Shown one piece after another: positions 7,281 to 11,925 of a stretch of DNA of 11,925 nucleotides. Made by a program: the position numbers and the translations under genes. Origin of the DNA: a virus (taxonomy: Duplodnaviria > Heunggongvirae > Uroviricota > Caudoviricetes). The notes under the pieces were generated by a model. The model saw only the letters and a list, made by a program, of their open reading frames with translations. It made no database searches and had not been told where the DNA came from. The stretch lies in the IMG/VR virus record IMGVR_UViG_2698536443_000025. One strand, given 5' to 3'. Positions within the stretch are counted from its first letter, which is position 1. The number at the start of each line of letters is the position of its first letter.

Positions 7281-7308
7281 AAAAGCGCCTCTGGTGGGCG
7301 CTTTTTTG
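7281..7308 (+). terminator. Rho-independent terminator ending the accessory operon
   Basis: Stem AGCGCC (7284-7289) / GGCGCT (7297-7302) with a 7-nt loop, followed by TTTTT (7303-7307), immediately after the TAA at 7275-7277. Confidence 0.8.
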
Positions 7309-7383
7309 TTAGAATATGCTGGCGACGTTAGCTATATTTCTGACTATTTTTTCATTATAGACAAATATACCGCAGAAGATAAA

Positions 7384-7626
7384 GTGGTATTTGATGAAGC
7401 AGATCCGTCACTGGTTGAAGCAATGAAAGAACCGGAACCAGTAGAAGAAACTCCGGTAGTGGAACCTGTCATTGAAGAAGTTCAGCCAGTAGTTGAAGAA
7501 GTACCGGAAGTTAACGCAGAATCTCCGGTAGCCAACATTTTCTCTGACGAAGCAGAGCATCGTTCTCCGGTACATGACACAGAAACATTTTGCGATCTTA
7601 CTGGTTTCCAAAACTACAATAATTAA
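7384..7626 (+). CDS. Acidic Pro/Glu/Val-rich protein (start uncertain: GTG 7384 or ATG 7423)
   Basis: Clear GNN-rich codon periodicity in the frame ending at TAA 7624-7626 (EPEPVEETPVVEPVIEEVQPVVEEVPEV...). The track start at 7240 is unlikely because it would overlap the preceding gene and contain the terminator hairpin. No strong Shine-Dalgarno at either candidate start. Confidence 0.4.
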   Translation: MVFDEADPSLVEAMKEPEPVEETPVVEPVIEEVQPVVEEVPEVNAESPVANIFSDEAEHRSPVHDTETFCDLTGFQNYNN

Positions 7627-7636
7627 TTCTTATAAA

Positions 7637-7673
7637 TAGTAGTGAATATTATTTTATTGAGGATTCACTACTA
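7637..7673 (+). promoter_or_regulatory. 11-bp perfect inverted repeat overlapping the RBS and start codon of the 7673 gene (operator or translational hairpin)
   Basis: TAGTAGTGAAT (7637-7647) and ATTCACTACTA (7663-7673) are exact reverse complements separated by 15 nt. The spacer holds the GAGGA Shine-Dalgarno (7659-7663), and the right arm ends on the A of ATG 7673. Confidence 0.5.
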
Positions 7674-8671
7674 TGAATACTACTTTAGCAAAGGATATCG
7701 AATTTACCGCAAAAAGCAAACGTGCGACCCCTCCGGTCGAATATGAAACCAGAATCATTAAAGTTTGTCAAGTGCATGGATGGTTATACAGTGGTTTTGT
7801 GCTTCCTGTAAAGAAACCATTCCAGAACACCAAAGTTTGCATAGAAGTTAACGGAAAGGTTAAAACGCCATGTATTAGTCATGTTCTAACTGGTCAGTTT
7901 ACTGGCAAAGATAGAGTATCACCGCCTAAGAAGAAGTTTAGATTTACCGAAGAAGAACACTTAGAAAACGCTCGCAAGTTCTACAAGCCGATAGGGTGGG
8001 ATGTGTTAGGTCTGGCTGAACCTTATCAGGGTGTTGACACTAAACTAATTCTTCGTTGTAAGTGCCACGGAAAGATTCACAAGAAAGGTGATTTACACAA
8101 TAACCGCAGACAAGGCGGGTTAACATGCCCTTTGGTTAGGGGGGTACTTAAATCAATTCAGAACGGTAGAAAACAGGTTATCAGAAACAAGTTTGCACAG
8201 CGCCCTATGCACTTTTATCTAATTCGTGTTGGCGAGAAGTTTTTCAAATATGGAATTACCACTCGCAAAGATCCGATGCAACGGGTAAGAGAACACCAGA
8301 AGCACACCAGCGAGAAAATCACCTTTGAATGCTCACATTTGTTTAACATTGGATGGAAAGCTGGTGATTTAGAAATGGGGATTAAAAAGAATATTCAGGG
8401 CAAGAAAATCCCACGTAAGGTAATGAATAGCGGATTCACAGAAACGCTACCGATTAGCAAGCTGAAAGATGTTAAATCATTCATCAATGAATACATCCAC
8501 ACCAACCCATCTAAGCCAATGTATTTTGATGATACCAACGCAATCAATCTGAACAACTACATTAGTGATGAAGACATAGAACGAGATTTATCGCAGTGGA
8601 TGAATGCACCGTTAGCTGATTTAATACCGGAAGACTTAGAACTCGATTTAAGCCCATTAGAGACACTCTAA
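7673..8671 (+). CDS. T5orf172-domain (GIY-YIG superfamily) protein with Cys/His-rich N-terminal region and acidic C-terminal tail
   Basis: 332-aa ORF with GAGGA Shine-Dalgarno. Residues ~185-215 FYLIRVGEKFFKYGITTRKDPMQRVREH fit the T5orf172 signature (...KIGxTTRxPxxR...). The N-terminal ~180 aa carry CQVHG, C...C and CKCHGKIH motifs suggesting zinc binding. The C-terminus is acidic (EDLELDLSPLETL). Confidence 0.75.
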   Translation: MNTTLAKDIEFTAKSKRATPPVEYETRIIKVCQVHGWLYSGFVLPVKKPFQNTKVCIEVNGKVKTPCISHVLTGQFTGKDRVSPPKKKFRFTEEEHLENARKFYKPIGWDVLGLAEPYQGVDTKLILRCKCHGKIHKKGDLHNNRRQGGLTCPLVRGVLKSIQNGRKQVIRNKFAQRPMHFYLIRVGEKFFKYGITTRKDPMQRVREHQKHTSEKITFECSHLFNIGWKAGDLEMGIKKNIQGKKIPRKVMNSGFTETLPISKLKDVKSFINEYIHTNPSKPMYFDDTNAINLNNYISDEDIERDLSQWMNAPLADLIPEDLELDLSPLETL

Positions 8672-8683
8672 CGCAATTAAATT

Positions 8684-8717
8684 AAAAAGGGGTACGAATG
8701 TACCCCTTAACTGTTTT
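8684..8717. terminator. Bidirectional rho-independent terminator between convergent genes
   Basis: Perfect 7-bp stem GGGGTAC (8689-8695) / GTACCCC (8700-8706) with a 4-nt loop. It is flanked by AAAAA upstream (a U-run for the minus-strand transcript) and TTAACTGTTTT downstream (a weaker U-run for the plus strand). Confidence 0.7.
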
Positions 8718-8744
8718 AGCTCGTTATACGTCGATTTAGGCCGC

Positions 8745-10424
8745 TTAAATTCCAAATTCCTGTAATGGACCTGGTATTTCCTCTTCTGGCTTCCAGTCTT
8801 TATCTGTCAGCATGTCTAAACATGGATGCAGAACAAGCCCGTTACTCTCCAGAATCTGCCTATCATTGATAGTTTTCAAATCGACAAAGATTTGTCCTTT
8901 CCTCGGTCCTCTTGAATTTTCTATTACAACTCTCTGGGTCTTGCCATCAATGTATTCCAGTACAAACAAGTTTTTGTATTTGTCAATCCTGCTACACCCG
9001 ATCCGTTTTAGAGCTTGCTTAATCTTAAACCGGACCTTAATGCGATCCTCGTTATAAACATCTTCTAAATCAAATTCTGCGAGCTTCTCCCAGCCTTGAG
9101 AGTCCACAGAATACATTTCCTCTTCTGCCATCTTAATCTGATTATAGAGTGTTTCACGCTCGCTATTGAGGGTAGTAATCTGGTCGGCTAACTCCTTCGT
9201 TGCTCCAGTCATAGCAGAAAGGGTAATCAGGTTATCAATCTTGCGTGATATCTCATCAATCTGTACTTTCAAAGCCGGAACAGGATTAGCCTTATCCTCA
9301 GCAATCCAGATTTTATCAGCCAGCAATTGCAATACAGCTTTCTCTAATTGATCACCTCGAAAACTCCAGTTTGTATGCACACATGCAATACGACTAGAGC
9401 GCATTGCATCGCATGAATAACGATATTGGTTAGGCCGTTTGTTAGTTCCTTTCACCTTAACCATAGCGGAACCGCAATGTTCACATTTCAGCAGATTAAC
9501 ACCACTAAGCAGGGGGATCGGTTTAGCTTCTTCTTTGTCTCCATAGTTACATGCTCTAACACCAATGCTTTTCTTAAGGTGATAAAACTCAGCGTCATCT
9601 AGCACACGAGGGTAATAATCCTTTAACTCATACTTAACGCCATCTACAGAGATTTCCTTGATACCAATCAAAGCGCGGGTATGGAACAACCTTTCAATCA
9701 TTGCCCGTGACCAGTTTGAATGCCTCTTGTGACTTGCGGCTGGTGGTGGTGTGTATGTCGCGTTAAGGTGATCCAGTATCTCGGCGGTTGACCGTCCATT
9801 CCTGCGTAATTCCACAACTTCCTGAACAATAGGGAAGAAGACCGGATGAGGAAGCACATAACCAGATGTGGTATCAGTCCACCACATATTCTTTCCAATT
9901 TCCTCGATTGCAACAGCCGGATTTTGTGGATTTTCTTGATGAGCTTTAATCTTAATCAGTGCGCTTGAGTTAGTACGATTGCGCTTAGTCTGGCTTTCCT
10001 CATTACCACGGATGAATAAAAGGATGGAGAACATCAGGTCCATCGGGTTAGCGGTAACAGTATCAAGCGAGTAGATCTTGTTATCCATGCCAGTAACAAT
10101 GGTTATCCCCCTACGGATGATTGAAAGGAATAACTCCTGCGCACTGACAATATCGGCACGGGATAAACGGTCCAAGTTTTCGATGAATAGCCAGCTACCA
10201 ACAGGAACGGATCTACCTATTGCATCAAGGAAACGAGATAGCGCCCCTGTTTTGGAGTTAGCACCCTTAAACGCAGATACACCCAGATCCTGATAATCAT
10301 TTACCAGTTCAAGGTCATACTTTACCGCAATCTCTCTAGCCATCCTGATTTGTCGTTCATAACTCGAACCATCATTCTGACGCATAGACGAGAAGCGAAT
10401 ATACGAATACAGTTTAGTTTTCAT
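8745..10424 (-). CDS. Large serine recombinase (putative serine integrase)
   Basis: The N-terminal resolvase-type catalytic domain has YIRFSSMRQ (catalytic Ser) and ENLDRLSR. It is followed by a recombinase domain, a zinc ribbon (CEHCGS...YRYSC...AC) and a coiled-coil region. Start taken at ATG 10424-10422 (MKTKLYSYIRFSS); the track ORF starts at an in-frame TTG at 10439. Confidence 0.9.
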   Translation of the reverse strand: MKTKLYSYIRFSSMRQNDGSSYERQIRMAREIAVKYDLELVNDYQDLGVSAFKGANSKTGALSRFLDAIGRSVPVGSWLFIENLDRLSRADIVSAQELFLSIIRRGITIVTGMDNKIYSLDTVTANPMDLMFSILLFIRGNEESQTKRNRTNSSALIKIKAHQENPQNPAVAIEEIGKNMWWTDTTSGYVLPHPVFFPIVQEVVELRRNGRSTAEILDHLNATYTPPPAASHKRHSNWSRAMIERLFHTRALIGIKEISVDGVKYELKDYYPRVLDDAEFYHLKKSIGVRACNYGDKEEAKPIPLLSGVNLLKCEHCGSAMVKVKGTNKRPNQYRYSCDAMRSSRIACVHTNWSFRGDQLEKAVLQLLADKIWIAEDKANPVPALKVQIDEISRKIDNLITLSAMTGATKELADQITTLNSERETLYNQIKMAEEEMYSVDSQGWEKLAEFDLEDVYNEDRIKVRFKIKQALKRIGCSRIDKYKNLFVLEYIDGKTQRVVIENSRGPRKGQIFVDLKTINDRQILESNGLVLHPCLDMLTDKDWKPEEEIPGPLQEFGI

Positions 10425-10442
10425 ACCATTTCCAAACAAAAA

Positions 10443-10472
10443 CGCCCCTACCGCGTATTATAACGATAGGGG
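10443..10472 (-). terminator. Hairpin plus U-run (minus strand) directly upstream of the recombinase start, with a TATAAT hexamer in its loop
   Basis: On the minus strand: GCCCCTA-(16-nt loop containing TATAAT)-TAGGGGC followed by GTTTTTGTTT, ending ~10 nt before ATG 10424. The stem is 7 bp. Confidence 0.5.
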
Positions 10473-10487
10473 CTAGGTGATTAAAGA

Positions 10488-10907
10488 TTAAAGAATTTCA
10501 CGGCAGCTAATCAGGGAATAAGACGTATCACCTTTTTTAACATCAAATATAGGCGCGCCATCTACAGAATGCAGATATTTGATGTAGGATTTACCATCTT
10601 CGGAACCATAATATTCTTCTTTCTCGTTCTTATCTTCTTTCAGTTTTGGGCTTTTGATTGTTTTATCAAATACCGGATCGTTGAAAGCAAATTGACTATT
10701 ATCATCATTCACTCGAACCTTTACACCGATAAAACCACGGTATTTGCCAGACGGCGCATGATAATAACGGTCGCCATCACTCAGGTAGCGTGTATCATCT
10801 CCTTTATATTCGAAGTAGGAATTGCACACATAATAGGTATAGGTATTAGCATTCGCAGCACCAACCAAACCCAGAGCAAGAACAACACCAGCGATAATCT
10901 TTTTCAT
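10488..10907 (-). CDS. Secreted (signal-peptide) protein, 139 aa, function unknown
   Basis: AGAGGAA Shine-Dalgarno 8 nt before the ATG. N-terminus MKKIIAGVVLALGLVGAANA is a typical Sec signal peptide with an A-N-A cleavage motif and no lipobox cysteine. The mature part is Tyr/Asp/Lys-rich with two Cys. Confidence 0.75.
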   Translation of the reverse strand: MKKIIAGVVLALGLVGAANANTYTYYVCNSYFEYKGDDTRYLSDGDRYYHAPSGKYRGFIGVKVRVNDDNSQFAFNDPVFDKTIKSPKLKEDKNEKEEYYGSEDGKSYIKYLHSVDGAPIFDVKKGDTSYSLISCREIL

Positions 10908-10952
10908 AGTAGAATTTCCTCTTGTTGTTTGAATTACGATATATTTATATCA

Positions 10953-11075
10953 TTAAAAGTTAATGCTAATAATCAGCCCAAACACAACCGCACCAATCAA
11001 ATCAATCCAGTTAATACACAGCGAATATTCTTTCTTGAATGTCTTAGATGAAATGCCATCATGAAATTGTTTCAT
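10953..11075 (-). CDS. Small membrane peptide (40 aa), not in ORF track
   Basis: Minus-strand ATG 11075 preceded by GGGGTGAG. Translation MKQFHDGISSKTFKKEYSLCINWIDLIGAVVFGLIISINF has a C-terminal hydrophobic helix. It is in the same frame as the upstream 26-aa ORF, separated only by TGA-GCA. Confidence 0.35.
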   Translation of the reverse strand: MKQFHDGISSKTFKKEYSLCINWIDLIGAVVFGLIISINF

Positions 11076-11078
11076 TGC

Positions 11079-11159
11079 TCACCCCATACTAACGACAATA
11101 TAAGAAAGACTAATCATGGTTGTGAGACTACCTCCCACGAATGAGATAAAAGCTAACAT
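11079..11159 (-). CDS. Small hydrophobic peptide (26 aa), not in ORF track
   Basis: Minus-strand ATG 11159 preceded by GGAGAA 8 nt upstream. Translation MLAFISFVGGSLTTMISLSYIVVSMG, stop TGA 11081-11079. It lies immediately downstream of a minus-strand terminator hairpin. Confidence 0.3.
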   Translation of the reverse strand: MLAFISFVGGSLTTMISLSYIVVSMG

Positions 11160-11175
11160 GTTTGATTCTCCATTT

Positions 11176-11201
11176 AAAAAGCGGTGGGAATTACACCCAC
11201 C
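11176..11201 (-). terminator. Rho-independent terminator (minus strand) after the 145-aa gene
   Basis: On the minus strand: GGTGGG-TGTAATT-CCCACC followed by GCTTTTTAAA (plus-strand stem arms 11183-11188 and 11196-11201, A-run 11176-11180), 15 nt after the stop at 11216. Confidence 0.6.
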
Positions 11202-11215
11202 AAATTAGAAATTAA

Positions 11216-11653
11216 TTAAGCGCGAACGATGGTCAGAGTATCCAGCAAACCTTTTTCGTATAATTCGAAACACGTTTTATATTGCTCAATCTTCCAACCG
11301 TAGCGGGTGATCTTATTCAGTAGAATAATCACGGTATTCTCATCTAGGTATTGTCCTTGCTTACCAATTACATATGACTCGCGGGATAGTCTCAGCTTAC
11401 GGAAACCTTTAACACCTAATTCCTTAGCCACCGCTTTAATCTCGTTAATCTCACCTTCTGCGGCTACATATTCAGCGTCGATAATCTCAGTTGATGATCT
11501 CAGTGCTACCAGAACTAAGGCCATTGCTTCTTCTTCGGTACGAGCAACACCAGCTTTCTCGAAAGTCATCTCACCAAATTTACGAGTCATAATATTGAAC
11601 ATTGTCTGTATTCCGTTTAAATCGGCGGGAATAGTACCCGCCAAATTAGACAT
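11216..11653 (-). CDS. Hypothetical protein (145 aa)
   Basis: Long minus-strand ORF whose ATG overlaps the stop of the upstream ORF (TAATG at 11653), suggesting translational coupling. No motif recognised. Confidence 0.7.
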   Translation of the reverse strand: MSNLAGTIPADLNGIQTMFNIMTRKFGEMTFEKAGVARTEEEAMALVLVALRSSTEIIDAEYVAAEGEINEIKAVAKELGVKGFRKLRLSRESYVIGKQGQYLDENTVIILLNKITRYGWKIEQYKTCFELYEKGLLDTLTIVRA

Positions 11654-11925
11654 TACTTCTTGCTGATAAACTCTTTAGCGATAAAGTTGATTACTTCTTT
11701 CAGCTTCTTGTCTGTATCGATGCACGCTGGTAATTCTTCTTTAATATCCTGCGGCAGATACACATTGCCTTTAAAGTGGAGGAAACCATCATTACCAATC
11801 ATGTAGGAGAACATCCATTCACAATCGTTATCCGCTTCCCAGAACGCCACGGTCTCATCCCCAATCAAGGTAATGTCCATGTTGCGACGCGCTGCGTAGT
11901 TGATGATTGCTTTACCGATGTTCAT
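11653..11925 (-). CDS. Hypothetical protein (90 aa if the ATG at the window edge is the true start; may be a 3' fragment of a longer gene)
   Basis: Minus-strand ORF running from the window edge (ATG at 11925-11923) to TAA at 11655-11653. Coupled to the downstream gene by the TAATG overlap. No motif recognised. Confidence 0.55.
   Translation of the reverse strand: MNIGKAIINYAARRNMDITLIGDETVAFWEADNDCEWMFSYMIGNDGFLHFKGNVYLPQDIKEELPACIDTDKKLKEVINFIAKEFISKK

Noticed and set aside
7240-7383. Start of the acidic-protein ORF at ATG 7240 as given in the ORF track
   Set aside because: It would overlap the last 12 codons of the peptidase gene and translate through the terminator hairpin at 7281-7308. 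A start downstream of the terminator is more plausible.
8689-8706. Palindrome GGGGTAC-GAAT-GTACCCC as an attP core for the serine recombinase
   Set aside because: It has flanking A and T runs and sits exactly between two convergent genes, which is most simply explained as a bidirectional terminator. An att role cannot be excluded without the element boundaries.
8812-10293. Plus-strand ORFs 8812-9057, 9166-9351, 10078-10293 and minus-strand ORF 9698-9913
   Set aside because: All lie within the serine recombinase gene, antisense or out of frame, and have no RBS or motifs.
10569-11051. 160-aa plus-strand ORF overlapping the secreted-protein gene and small ORFs
   Set aside because: It is antisense to a gene with a signal peptide and good RBS. 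Its translation is a low-complexity Phe/Ile-rich string typical of AT-rich antisense frames.
11307-11666. 119-aa plus-strand ORF overlapping the 145-aa minus-strand gene
   Set aside because: It is antisense to a translationally coupled gene pair and has a Ser/Ile-rich low-complexity translation with no RBS.

Overview
The window reads as a temperate siphovirus (lambda-like) prophage or phage-plasmid segment, AT-rich apart from a GC-richer IS1 copy at the left edge (1-713). IS1 (insA, insB, A6C frameshift site, right inverted repeat) has inserted into the 5' end of a tail-tip gene. Downstream on the + strand are a K-like tail assembly function split into an MPN-like ORF (734-1027) and an NlpC/P60 ORF (1074-1493), then a 1258-aa central tail fibre protein J (1493-5269) whose first ~95 residues resemble the C-terminal domain of lambda gpI. 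After the J terminator comes a tightly packed five-gene accessory operon (5376-7277) with uniform GGGGG ribosome-binding sites, ending in an M15 zinc peptidase and a terminator. An acidic Pro/Glu/Val-rich ORF and a 332-aa T5orf172 (GIY-YIG superfamily) protein follow. A bidirectional terminator (8684-8717) separates these from a leftward operon: a partial or complete 90-aa ORF, a 145-aa ORF, two tiny hydrophobic ORFs in one frame split by a single TGA, a secreted 139-aa protein, and a 564-aa large serine recombinase. No tRNA, rRNA or CRISPR array was seen. The best candidates for an undescribed system are the accessory operon 5376-7308 and the acidic-protein plus T5orf172 pair; both are hypotheses, since all calls rest on reading the sequence and remembered family motifs, with no database search run.
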